64,000 nt of DNA, from the NCBI GenBank assembly GCA_034422875.1, contig DAOUJI010000031.1, forward strand, positions 31,604-95,603, read 5' to 3'. Below the pieces are notes generated by a model. It did no database searches. It was not told the DNA's origin and saw nothing but the letters and a program-made list of their open reading frames with translations. This document shows, in pieces, positions 48,300-57,666 of the stretch (its first letter is position 1; each line of letters opens with the position of its first letter). Source of the DNA: Dehalococcoidia bacterium. Lineage in GTDB: Bacteria > Chloroflexota > Dehalococcoidia > Lucifugimonadales > JAGWBF01. The position numbers were made by a program, and so were the translations under genes.

Positions 48300-50625
48300 C
48301 GGAGCGCTGGATGGAGTTCGCGTGCTTGACTTCGGACATTACATTCCTGGACCGTTGCTCGGAATGTTCCTGTCGGACCAGGGGGCGAGTGTGACCAAGG
48401 TGGAACGCCCAGGGGGCGACCCCGCCAGAAAACATCCCGCCTTTGCAACCTGGAACAGGGGAAAGCAGTCGGTGGTGTTGGACCTCAAGACGGAAGCAGG
48501 ACAGACACACGCCAGGACGCTGGCCGCCGACTCCGACGTGGTGATAGAGAATTTCAGGCCAGGCGTGGCCGACCGTCTGGGAATCGGGTATGAAACCCTG
48601 TCGGCAGCTAACCCCAGACTAATCTACTGCTCCCTACCCGGATTCGGTGAGGGCAGCCCGCACAGACAAAGCCGTGGCTGGGAACCCATCGTAAGCGCCG
48701 CGACCGGCCTCTACGAACCCGCCAGAGATTCCGACGGCCCGGTTTACACGCCCGTCCCCGCAGCCAGCACATTCAGCGCAATTATCGGAGCGGTTTCAGT
48801 AACTATGGCTCTCATAGCCCGCCGCCGCAACGGCAAGGGACAGCGGATCGAGGTCCCTCTCCATAGCGCCATATTCGCGGCCATGGGGCGCAGGCTGTCG
48901 CTGGTCCCAGGCCCCGAACAGCTCGACCAGTTCCAGATAGCCCGCTGGATAATGAACCACCAATATCAATGCAAGGACGGAAGATGGGTCCAGCACCACG
49001 GCATGTTCGCCCGTTTCTTCCACCGCTTCCTGAACGAGGCGGGCCATCCTGAATGGATTGAAGACACCACTGGACTGTTGGGCGAGGAAGTGGACGATGC
49101 CACGGGGAGAATGTGGCTGGAGAGGTTCGAAGAGGTATTCCGTCAACGGACTGCGGAACAGTGGGAGGCCGACATAAGCAGGGCCGGCGGGGCTTGCGTC
49201 ATGTGTCGGACCGTGGACGAGTGGCTGGAACACGACCACGCCAAGGCAACCGGCATGGTGGTGGAGGTGGATGACGCAACGCTGGGTCCCATGAAGCAGC
49301 CCGGCCTGCAAGTGCGGCTCCACGGCACGCCAGGTGAGGTCCAGGGAAGGGCTCCCTTGCTCGGAGAACACTCCAGCGAAGCCCTTGGCAGTCCTAACAC
49401 CCCGTCTGACGATTCAGCAGCGGGAGCCTCCATGGAAGAAATCATGAGTGCACTCCAGGGGATCAAGGTCCTGGACCTATGCCTTATCCTCGCCGGGCCA
49501 ACCTGCGGACGCACGCTTGCCGAGTTTGGAGCGGAGGTCATCAAGATAGACGACCCTGAGCGGCCATATGACATAACTCAGACCGTGGACGTGAACCGCG
49601 GCAAGAAGAGCCTCATGCTGGACCTGAAGACGGAGAAGGGCAAGGAGGTCTTCTGGAAGCTGCTGGAAGACGCCGACGTGGTGGTTGAGAACAACCGCGC
49701 CGGGGCCATGGAACGTATGGGCCTGGGATACGAGGATATCAAGAAACGCAGGCCGGACATCATCTACGCTTCCATGAACACCTACGGTTACGGAGGACCA
49801 TGGACCGACCGGGCGGGATGGGAGCAGCTTGCTCAAGCAGCCACCGGCATACAGGTGCGCCAGGGAGGACGCGACGGAGCTCCCACCGTGATTCACTACA
49901 CGATAAACGACTACGGCACCGGTATATCGGGAGCATTTGCCGTGGCGCTGGCCCTATACCACCGCAACAAGACCGGCGAGGGCCAGTCGGTCAGCGGGGC
50001 CTTATCCTATACGGCGTGCACCATGCAGTCGCCCTTCTTCCTAGACTATGAGGGCCATCAGCGGAATGAGACGGAAGGGCTGCAATCCAGGGGAAGCTCC
50101 GCTCTGTCGAGCCTGTACAAGGCCGCCGACGGTTGGTTCTACCTCCACGCGCCTGACGAGGAGTCCTGGTCCCGACTGACCAGCGTTGATGGCTTGCCCC
50201 ATCTGGTGGAGGACGAACGGTTCTCCACAGCTGAAACCCGCTCGAACAACGACTCTGCCCTTGGCGCCGAGCTGGCTGCTGCCTTCGCCCAAAGAGAACG
50301 GGCCGAGTGGCTTACAGCCCTGCAGGCCGCAGGCGTCAGCGCAATAGAGAACCTGAGCATTCCCGAATTCAGGGACGATGCTTATGTGCGGCAGGCGGGC
50401 CTCATAGTGAACCGTGTGCTTCCGGCATTGGGCATGGTAGACCACCTTGGAGTCGCGGCCCGGCTTTCTGGAACGCCCGCCCTGCTGGGAGATCCCTCCC
50501 CGGTGCTCGGTGAGCACACCGACGAGATACTCCGTTATGCTGGTTACACAGAAGCTGAGATAGCCGAGATGAAGGCCCAAGGCGTCGCCGTCCAGACCAT
50601 GGACTATCCAGGGAAGCGTGTCTAG
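48292..50625 (+). CDS. tandem fusion of two family-III CoA-transferase (CaiB/BaiF/Frc-like) modules
   Basis: Two copies of the N-terminal signature are present: LDGVRVLDFGHYIPGPLLGMFLSDQGASVTKVERPGGDP and LQGIKVLDLCLILAGPTCGRTLAEFGAEVIKIDDPERP. The ATG at 48292 is preceded by GGAGG. Confidence 0.8.
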   Translation: MANGALDGVRVLDFGHYIPGPLLGMFLSDQGASVTKVERPGGDPARKHPAFATWNRGKQSVVLDLKTEAGQTHARTLAADSDVVIENFRPGVADRLGIGYETLSAANPRLIYCSLPGFGEGSPHRQSRGWEPIVSAATGLYEPARDSDGPVYTPVPAASTFSAIIGAVSVTMALIARRRNGKGQRIEVPLHSAIFAAMGRRLSLVPGPEQLDQFQIARWIMNHQYQCKDGRWVQHHGMFARFFHRFLNEAGHPEWIEDTTGLLGEEVDDATGRMWLERFEEVFRQRTAEQWEADISRAGGACVMCRTVDEWLEHDHAKATGMVVEVDDATLGPMKQPGLQVRLHGTPGEVQGRAPLLGEHSSEALGSPNTPSDDSAAGASMEEIMSALQGIKVLDLCLILAGPTCGRTLAEFGAEVIKIDDPERPYDITQTVDVNRGKKSLMLDLKTEKGKEVFWKLLEDADVVVENNRAGAMERMGLGYEDIKKRRPDIIYASMNTYGYGGPWTDRAGWEQLAQAATGIQVRQGGRDGAPTVIHYTINDYGTGISGAFAVALALYHRNKTGEGQSVSGALSYTACTMQSPFFLDYEGHQRNETEGLQSRGSSALSSLYKAADGWFYLHAPDEESWSRLTSVDGLPHLVEDERFSTAETRSNNDSALGAELAAAFAQRERAEWLTALQAAGVSAIENLSIPEFRDDAYVRQAGLIVNRVLPALGMVDHLGVAARLSGTPALLGDPSPVLGEHTDEILRYAGYTEAEIAEMKAQGVAVQTMDYPGKRV

Positions 50626-51235
50626 CGAAGGTCCTCCTTTGAACGCCACAGGGCATCCAGTGTTCACAATTGGACACTCCAATCACTCCCTGGACACGTT
50701 TCTTTCGTTGCTGGGAACACATGGAGTTGACTTCGTCGCAGACGTTCGTTCGGCGCCCTATAGCCGGTGGGTCCCCCATTTCAACAAGACCTCTTTGGAT
50801 GCTGCTTTGAAAAAGGCTGGGGTAGCGTACGAATACGTGGGCGAGGAACTGGGAGGCAGACCGGCCGACCCTTCCTGTTATGACGAGAACGGCCAGGTGA
50901 TTTACAACATGGTGGCCGCAACCGGTTCATTCCAGGATGCCCTCAGCGTCGTGATGCACTCAGCCTATGAGCGGCGGACCGCTCTTATGTGCGCAGAGAA
51001 GGAACCGCTGGAATGCCACCGGACGTTGCTGGTTGCCAAGGCACTCACGGAGCAGGGGATAGCTGTCGAGCACATCCTCGCCGACGGCGGGATGGAAAGC
51101 TACGACGAGGCTCTAGACAGACTGTTGGACACCTTCAAGCTGCCACGAAACGGAGATATGTTCCGCACCCGGGGCGACGTGGTAGCCGAGGCGTTTACAC
51201 TCCAAGCGAAGAAGGTCGCCTACGTCCGGCAATAG
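50618..51235 (+). CDS. DUF488-family protein
   Basis: FTIGHSNHSLDTFLSLLGTHGVDFVADVRSAPYSRWVPHF…CAEKEPLECHR is the DUF488 signature. The GTG start overlaps the upstream stop. Confidence 0.75.
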   Translation: MSSEGPPLNATGHPVFTIGHSNHSLDTFLSLLGTHGVDFVADVRSAPYSRWVPHFNKTSLDAALKKAGVAYEYVGEELGGRPADPSCYDENGQVIYNMVAATGSFQDALSVVMHSAYERRTALMCAEKEPLECHRTLLVAKALTEQGIAVEHILADGGMESYDEALDRLLDTFKLPRNGDMFRTRGDVVAEAFTLQAKKVAYVRQ

Positions 51236-51368
51236 CACGGTGCTCGCTGCAAGTCAATAGGTCGAAGTCTTTGTCCTAGAGATGCCGCCCTGACAAACCC
51301 GCCTTGACAAGCACACGGTGTTGCGATGTTAGACTGAACACAGGACAGGGAGGAAGGGGAAACACTCA

Positions 51369-51686
51369 ATGCAGGTCAACAGGGACGAATTTGACGAAAT
51401 AAAGACCACAGTGGACCATCACGATGAAGCCATTAGCTCCTTGAATCTGCTCGTTTCGACCGCGGCTGAGGTGATGAGGCAAGGTTTTACAACGATGGAG
51501 AACGGCTTCAGCGACATCAACAGGTCCATGGTGGGGATAAGACAAGACCTTGCCGGCATGAGAAGGGAATTGACAGGTGCTCGGGGTGATCTAGCGACGA
51601 TGCGGGCCGACATTAGGGACATAAAGGACGGCATGAGCAACAACGGCAGGGGGCAGAGCTCCGGGAACGGCGAAAACCCACCGTAG
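51369..51686 (+). CDS. small coiled-coil hypothetical protein
   Basis: A 105-aa ORF with repeated R.DLa.MR heptad-like pattern (IRQDLAGMRRELTGARGDLATMRADIRDIKDGM). GGAGG-like purines (GGGAGGAAGGGGA) lie upstream. Confidence 0.5.
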   Translation: MQVNRDEFDEIKTTVDHHDEAISSLNLLVSTAAEVMRQGFTTMENGFSDINRSMVGIRQDLAGMRRELTGARGDLATMRADIRDIKDGMSNNGRGQSSGNGENPP

Positions 51687-51746
51687 TAAGAACTCCCGGC
51701 GGCATCCGTGACACCTCCGTGAGGTCTAGTTGCGGGATAACCGCCC

Positions 51747-52910
51747 TTACAGATCGTCTGGCGCGCCGACGGGCACCTTGTGGAGCTCCGGCAGTACCTC
51801 TTTGGCGAACAGCGAGACGCTCTCCTTGGCCGTGTCCAGCGACATACCGCCGAACATCTCCTTGGGGTTGGTCATCCGGCGGATGTAGTCCAGCTTTTCC
51901 AGACACATTTCGGGAGTGCCCCAGACCTGTGTCTGGGTGTACTCTCCCGACCTACCGGAAGACCACTGGTCAGGGGTGCCCGTGTTCCTCTGGTTGACTT
52001 GTTGACCCCGCTTCCCCGCCTGGATTGCCTCAGCCCTCTCGGCATAGTGTTCATATCCCTCGACCGCTCTGAAGTGGTCGGGATCGTCGGACTCGTAATG
52101 CTTCAGAGAGGTGTAGGACATGTTGGGCATGTAAACCCCCGCGCCCTCCCGGGCTTCCTTCTCCGTTGCGGCGCAGTATACGAACACTCCGGTTATTGGC
52201 TGTCTCGGAGGCATTCCGATTTCGGCGCGCATGGCGTTGAAGTTCAGCACGTCCTCCCGGTAGTCTTCCCATTCCTTCTGAGGAATTATCATCATGCCCA
52301 GCCCGGCCTTGGCAGCGGCCAGCACGGAGGGTGTGCTGTTGGCGGCGCTGTACATGTGGTCCACTAGGTCCTTAGAGCGGGGCTGGGGACGGATGCTCAT
52401 CTCCGGTATCTGGAAGAACTTGCCTTGGTAGGAGAACCTCTCCTGGGTCAGAGCCAGCCTCACCACATCATAGGCTTCCCTGAACCGGTCTCTCGACTCG
52501 CCCATAGGTATGCGGAAGCTCTCGAACTCCACACGTCCGGCGCCTCTGCCGAACCCCACCTGGAGGGGACGTCCTTCCAGCATGATGTCCAGCATCGCGA
52601 TCTGCTCCGCCACTCGAATAGGGTCGTGCCAGGGGAGGACCACGACCATGCTGGCCAAGCCTATTCGCTTAGTCCGACCCGCAAAATAGGTGAGCAACTT
52701 CAATGCGTCAGGGATAAGCTCGTAGGGAGTGAAATGGTGCTCGACGGAGTAGAGCATGTCGTACCCCAGGTCCTCCACCATGTCGCCCAACTCCAGGTCA
52801 TCCAGGACCGCACTGTGGTCGGGGACTTCCTGGGGCTTGTCAAAGTCCTTGGCAAGATACCTGGGCCAGTCTGCGAAGTTCTGTGCGAAAAGCGACACTC
52901 CGAATTTCAT
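51747..52910 (-). CDS. LLM-class flavin-dependent oxidoreductase (paralog of 59235-60368)
   Basis: It starts at MKFGVSLFAQNFADWPRY. I trimmed the 516-aa ORF to the ATG at 52910 by comparison with the paralog. Motifs: YSVEHHFTPY and LPWHDPIRVAEQIAMLD. Confidence 0.85.
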   Translation of the reverse strand: MKFGVSLFAQNFADWPRYLAKDFDKPQEVPDHSAVLDDLELGDMVEDLGYDMLYSVEHHFTPYELIPDALKLLTYFAGRTKRIGLASMVVVLPWHDPIRVAEQIAMLDIMLEGRPLQVGFGRGAGRVEFESFRIPMGESRDRFREAYDVVRLALTQERFSYQGKFFQIPEMSIRPQPRSKDLVDHMYSAANSTPSVLAAAKAGLGMMIIPQKEWEDYREDVLNFNAMRAEIGMPPRQPITGVFVYCAATEKEAREGAGVYMPNMSYTSLKHYESDDPDHFRAVEGYEHYAERAEAIQAGKRGQQVNQRNTGTPDQWSSGRSGEYTQTQVWGTPEMCLEKLDYIRRMTNPKEMFGGMSLDTAKESVSLFAKEVLPELHKVPVGAPDDL

Positions 52911-53079
52911 GCGATTGCCCTCTTGAATAAATTGACCTGGGAACGTTACGAGATTGTGCCAAGTATGTGATTGCCGACGCTGGATGTCAAGCCAGCGGTG
53001 ACTAGACTGACATTTGCTCTTTGACTCTACCGCCCATGCGTTACTAGCATGAATGCAGCAATCTATGGGGAGAGTATAC

Positions 53080-54603
53080 ATGCTGGGTAAGGTGAAGACG
53101 TGCGCCGTACAGGGTCTGGACGGATACATAGTGGAAGTGGAAGTGGACATCGCTCCAGGCTTGCCTTGTTTCAACATAGTGGGCCTGCCGGATACCGCAG
53201 TACAGGAAGCCAAGGAGAGAGTCAGGGCCGCCATCAGAAACTCAGGGTGCGAGTTTCCCATGAGGCGAATCGCAGTGAACCTGGCCCCGGCCGACACTCG
53301 AAAGGCAGGGCCTTCCTACGACCTCCCCATCGCCCTGGGGATTCTCATGAGTTCCGGCCAGCTGCCCGAAACATCCGACTCCTCCCTATTTCTGGGTGAG
53401 CTATCCCTGGACGGAAGCCTGAAGCACACCAGCGGCATACTGTCCATGACCTCAGCCGCCAGGGACCAGGGTTTCAGCAACATCTACGTGCCGTCTCCGG
53501 ACGCCAACGAAGCCGCTCTGCTGAACGACATATCAGTGCTTCCTACAAGCAATCTTGGCCAGCTTTTGTGCCATTTGAAAGACGGCGAGTCCATCGCTCC
53601 TCATGAGGGTTCCACTCCCAACCTGGATCAGGTAGAAGTCGCTTCGTGCGGGGCCGACCTCTGCCACATCAAGGGACAGGAGCACGCTAAACGGGCGTTG
53701 GAAGTGGCTGCAGCCGGTGGACATAACCTCATGCTCACCGGGCCTCCGGGCAGCGGCAAGACCCTGTTGGCCCGCTCGATGTCCACCATTCTTCCAAGAA
53801 TGACCCTCGAAGAGTCACTGGAGGTCACCAAAATATACAGCATTGCCGGATTGCTCCCTCCTGACCAGCCCTTGGTGCATCAAAGACCGTTCAGGGCCCC
53901 ACACTACACCATATCCAACGCTGGCCTGGTTGGCGGAGGGCGCATGCCCAGGCCTGGTGAGATAACTTTGAGCCACCGAGGCATACTCTTCCTGGACGAG
54001 CTGCCGGAGTTCGGCCACCCGGCGCTGGAGTCCCTGCGCCAGCCCCTGGAAGACAAGACTGTGACTATCACCCGCGTCGGCGGCACCACCACTTATCCAG
54101 CCAATTTCTCCCTTGTGGGAGCCATGAATCCCTGCCCGTGCGGGTTCTTAAGCCACCCCGTTCGTCCATGCGTATGCTCGCCCCACATGGTCTCCCGCTA
54201 TCAGAAGAGAATCAGCGGCCCCCTCATGGACCGCATAGACATTTTCATTGAGGCGCCGCCCGTGGAATACGAAAAGCTGGTCGACTCCGGCAAGGGGGAG
54301 ACCTCGGAGGCGGTGCAGCAACGTGTCGAGGCTGCCAGGACCCTCCAGCAAGAACGCTTCAGCGGCACAACCTATCTATCCAATTCCGACATCGGACCGG
54401 CGGATATCTGGAGGTTCTGCCCCTCGGAAGAAAAGGCCAGGGCCCTTTTGCAAAAAGCCATGAACCAGTTGAACCTCTCGGCGCGGGCCTTCCACAAGAT
54501 GCTCAAGTTGTCCCGCACTATCGCTGACTTGGCCGGCGTCGAAACGATTACGGTGGAACACGTCGCCGAGGCGCTCCAATACAGGCATAGGGGCATGGCG
54601 TAG
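53080..54603 (+). CDS. comM: YifB/ComM-family Mg-chelatase-like AAA+ ATPase
   Basis: N-terminal Lon-protease-like domain (…VEVDIAPGLPCFNIVGLPDTAVQEAKERV), Walker A GPPGSGKT and the LFLDELPEF motif. Confidence 0.9.
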   Translation: MLGKVKTCAVQGLDGYIVEVEVDIAPGLPCFNIVGLPDTAVQEAKERVRAAIRNSGCEFPMRRIAVNLAPADTRKAGPSYDLPIALGILMSSGQLPETSDSSLFLGELSLDGSLKHTSGILSMTSAARDQGFSNIYVPSPDANEAALLNDISVLPTSNLGQLLCHLKDGESIAPHEGSTPNLDQVEVASCGADLCHIKGQEHAKRALEVAAAGGHNLMLTGPPGSGKTLLARSMSTILPRMTLEESLEVTKIYSIAGLLPPDQPLVHQRPFRAPHYTISNAGLVGGGRMPRPGEITLSHRGILFLDELPEFGHPALESLRQPLEDKTVTITRVGGTTTYPANFSLVGAMNPCPCGFLSHPVRPCVCSPHMVSRYQKRISGPLMDRIDIFIEAPPVEYEKLVDSGKGETSEAVQQRVEAARTLQQERFSGTTYLSNSDIGPADIWRFCPSEEKARALLQKAMNQLNLSARAFHKMLKLSRTIADLAGVETITVEHVAEALQYRHRGMA

Positions 54604-54726
54604 ACGAATCCGCCCATCGCAAAAATTCAGTCTGAACCAGCGGGTTTGCGCATTGTTGTTTTGCTTGACACTGAGAGTTGGGGATAAATAGAATGCAAAA
54701 ACCCTCGGCCCGCAAAGGACTGGACC

Positions 54727-55947
54727 ATGGCGATCGCCATCCACGACGACATCTTCGCTCCTGACGTAACGGCCGATCCATACTCCTACTTTGGACGCCT
54801 CCGGGAGGAAGACCCCATCCACTGGAACGAAAAGTACGAGATATGGATCGTCACCAGCTACAAGGACCTCACCTGGGTGGCCAGGCGTCCAGAGCTTTTC
54901 TCGTCAGAAGTCCGGCAGCGAGACCACCGGCCCCCGTTCCCTCCCATCGCTGAAGAGGACAGGGAGCTCTACGAGTACGTAAAACACCAGCAGGCCATAC
55001 GGATGATTCAACAGGACCCGCCCAAGCACACGGCGATGCGGCGGGCCGTCCACGGATACTTCACTCCCACATCCATGGAAAAGTGGCGCCCTATGATTAA
55101 ATACGCCATCAAAGAGCTGTTGGACGACGTAGAGGGCAAGGGCAGGATGGAAGTGATGACTGAGTTCGCCACACCCCTGCCGCTCCTGGTGATAGCGCAG
55201 CTAATGGGCATGCCCCAGCAAGACCGCTTGTTTATCCGCGAAATGGCCAAGAAACTCATCGATCTGGCACGGCCCAACAAAGACCGCGCCCGGACCGCCG
55301 CCGAGTCCCACAAAGAGCTCATACAGTACCTTGACCCCATCGTTGAAGAGAGGGTGAAGAACCCCGGAGATGACCTTCTCTCGGTCGTGTGCCAGGGCGA
55401 GAAGACAGGCGCCTTCAACAGGGAAGAGACTATCTCGAACGCGCTGTTGTTGCTGCTGGCAGGCCACGAGACAACCATCAACCTGATTTGCAACGGGACG
55501 CTCACGTTCAGCCGCAACCCGGACCAGTGGGACCTGCTTAGGGAGAACCCTGCGGAACGGACGGTGCGGGCTACGGAAGAGTGTCTACGCTATGAGCCGC
55601 CGGTGAAGGGGATCGAGCGGATCGCGGCCCAGGATGTGGAACTGGGCGGCAAGACCATCAAGTACAACGACCGCCTGATATGGATGATCGCGTCGGCCAA
55701 CCGGGACCCACGCATGTTTCCAGACCCGGACACATTCGACATAGCCCGATACCCCAACCCCCACGTGGCCTTTGGGTCGGGCATACACCACTGCCTGGGC
55801 GCCTACCTGGCCCGCCTGGAAGGGCAGGAAGCCTTTGCCGCCCTCGCCGAGCGGTTCCCACGACTAGAGCTGTTGACCGACGACGTGGAGTACCACGCAC
55901 ATCTACATGGACGTTCACTTAAGGAGCTGCACATCGGCTGGAACTGA
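54727..55947 (+). CDS. cytochrome P450
   Basis: I-helix LLLLAGHETT, ExxR (EECLRY) and heme loop FGSGIHHCLGAYLARLE. Confidence 0.9.
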   Translation: MAIAIHDDIFAPDVTADPYSYFGRLREEDPIHWNEKYEIWIVTSYKDLTWVARRPELFSSEVRQRDHRPPFPPIAEEDRELYEYVKHQQAIRMIQQDPPKHTAMRRAVHGYFTPTSMEKWRPMIKYAIKELLDDVEGKGRMEVMTEFATPLPLLVIAQLMGMPQQDRLFIREMAKKLIDLARPNKDRARTAAESHKELIQYLDPIVEERVKNPGDDLLSVVCQGEKTGAFNREETISNALLLLLAGHETTINLICNGTLTFSRNPDQWDLLRENPAERTVRATEECLRYEPPVKGIERIAAQDVELGGKTIKYNDRLIWMIASANRDPRMFPDPDTFDIARYPNPHVAFGSGIHHCLGAYLARLEGQEAFAALAERFPRLELLTDDVEYHAHLHGRSLKELHIGWN

Positions 55948-56015
55948 CCTCCTATCTTGACGCGGTTTGGATAGGGAACCCTTCAAAGCTGCTCTATTGG
56001 AAAGGGACTGACTAT

Positions 56016-57233
56016 ATGGTTACCGCAATCGACGAAGACCTATTCGGTGCAGAGGTCACGGCTGACCCATACTCCTATTACGGGAGGCTCCGGGAAGAGG
56101 AACCCGTATATTGGAACACGAAGCACGAAGTATGGGTCATGACCAACTACAAGGACCTCACGTGGATTGCCAGGCATCCAGAATTCTTCTCGTCGGAAGT
56201 CCGTCGTAGGGACCGCCGTGAGCCGTATCCTCCCATTCCAGAAGACCAAAAAGAGATGTATGCGGCTATCCGGCGGAGCCAAACCAATCAGGTGATTCAG
56301 AAAGACCCTCCCAGGCACACCGAAGTTCGCCGTGTCATACACGGGTACTTTACTCCTAAGTCCATGGAAAAGTGGCGGCCCATGATAAAAGACGCCATCA
56401 AGTTCCTGCTTGACCAGGCCGAAGAAAACGGCCAGATGGAGATGATGAAGGACTTCGCCACTCCCCTGCCGCTTCTCGTCATATCGGAGCTCATGGGCAT
56501 GCCCGAGGAGGACCGTCCCTTCCTCCGTGAGATGGCCAAGCGGCTGCTGGATGTGGCCACTCCCTCGGAAAACCGCGCCAAGTCCACGTTCAACGCACGC
56601 AAGGAGTTGAGCAGCTACTTGAACCCATTCGCGGACGAGCGGATAGAGAACCCCGGCGACGACCTTCTCTCTCTTCTGTGCCAGGGCGAGAAAGCGGGCA
56701 TCATAAACAGGGAAGAGGTCCTCACCAACTCGATGCTTCTGCTGCTGGCGGGGCACGAAACGACCATCAACCTGATATGCAACGGCACACTGTCGTTTAT
56801 CCGTCACCCCGACCAATGGGACCTGTTCAGGGAAAATCCCGCGGAAAAGACTGTTCGAGCGACGGAAGAGTGCCTGCGCTATGACTCTCCGATAAAGGGA
56901 ATCGAGCGAATCGCCGCCCAGGACGTGGAGTTGGGCGGGAAGGTTATCAAAGAATACGACCGGTTGATATGGATGATTGCCTCAGCCAACCGGGACCCTA
57001 ACATGTTCCCTGAGCCCGACACGTTCGACATTGACCGCTACCCGAATCCTCACGTCGCTTTCGGCTCAGGGGTGCACCACTGCCTGGGCGCCTATCTGGC
57101 CCGGCTGGAAGGGCAGGAGGCCTTTCTGGCTCTGGCCGAGAGGTTCCCGCGCTTAGAACTATTGGAAGAGGTGGAGTACCACCCGCACATCAACAACCGG
57201 ACGGCGAAGGGCCTTCACATCACCTGGAACTAG
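56016..57233 (+). CDS. cytochrome P450 (tandem paralog)
   Basis: The same motifs (LLLLAGHETT, EECLRY, FGSGVHHCLGAYLARLE). It is colinear with the preceding gene and roughly 70% identical by eye. Confidence 0.9.
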   Translation: MVTAIDEDLFGAEVTADPYSYYGRLREEEPVYWNTKHEVWVMTNYKDLTWIARHPEFFSSEVRRRDRREPYPPIPEDQKEMYAAIRRSQTNQVIQKDPPRHTEVRRVIHGYFTPKSMEKWRPMIKDAIKFLLDQAEENGQMEMMKDFATPLPLLVISELMGMPEEDRPFLREMAKRLLDVATPSENRAKSTFNARKELSSYLNPFADERIENPGDDLLSLLCQGEKAGIINREEVLTNSMLLLLAGHETTINLICNGTLSFIRHPDQWDLFRENPAEKTVRATEECLRYDSPIKGIERIAAQDVELGGKVIKEYDRLIWMIASANRDPNMFPEPDTFDIDRYPNPHVAFGSGVHHCLGAYLARLEGQEAFLALAERFPRLELLEEVEYHPHINNRTAKGLHITWN

Positions 57234-57294
57234 AGCCCTCACGATATTCCCAAGTACATATGGACCGGCTGTCGACGCAAAAAGGCAGCCGGTC

Positions 57295-57666
57295 TTATAT
57301 TTGGCGGCCGATTACGAAACCCAGTCCCACCGCCGCCAGTCCTGCTACCAAGCTGACCCCTACGTTCAGAACAGCCGTATGAATCGAGCCTTCTTTGGCC
57401 AAGTCGAACGTAGCCCACATGAGCGTGGAAAAGGTGGTGAAGCTGCCCAGGAACCCGACCGACAGGAGGAGCAGTACGTCGAGGTTGAAATTGCTCCGGT
57501 TTAACGCCATGGCGAAAAGAATTCCCAAAGCGAAACTGCCAGCTACGTTGGCGGTCATGGTGGCGCCTATTGGAGACCACTTGAGTTCCGTGAAGAGGAC
57601 GTTGACGCCGTAGCGGGCCAGTGCTCCTGCGGCGCCGCCGCCTATCACCAGCAGGACCTCTTTCAA
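57295..57666 (-). CDS. crcB: fluoride ion channel CrcB/FluC
   Basis: A 123-aa protein with 4 TM segments and the motifs GGAAGALARY and GFLGSFTTFSTL. It overlaps the upstream MFS gene by 4 nt. Confidence 0.9.
   Translation of the reverse strand: MKEVLLVIGGGAAGALARYGVNVLFTELKWSPIGATMTANVAGSFALGILFAMALNRSNFNLDVLLLLSVGFLGSFTTFSTLMWATFDLAKEGSIHTAVLNVGVSLVAGLAAVGLGFVIGRQI

Noticed and set aside
51290-51340. TTGACA box upstream of the small coiled-coil ORF as a promoter.
   Set aside because: With a 16-18-nt spacer there is no acceptable -10 hexamer (only TGTTAG or ATGTTA), and TAGACT lies 20 nt away. This is too weak to call.
52911-53297. 129-codon 5' extension of the LLM ORF (the 516-aa call at 51747-53297), overlapping the comM start.
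   Set aside because: The paralog at 59235-60368 starts exactly at MKFGVS. The extension has junk-like composition and runs antisense into comM and its upstream region.
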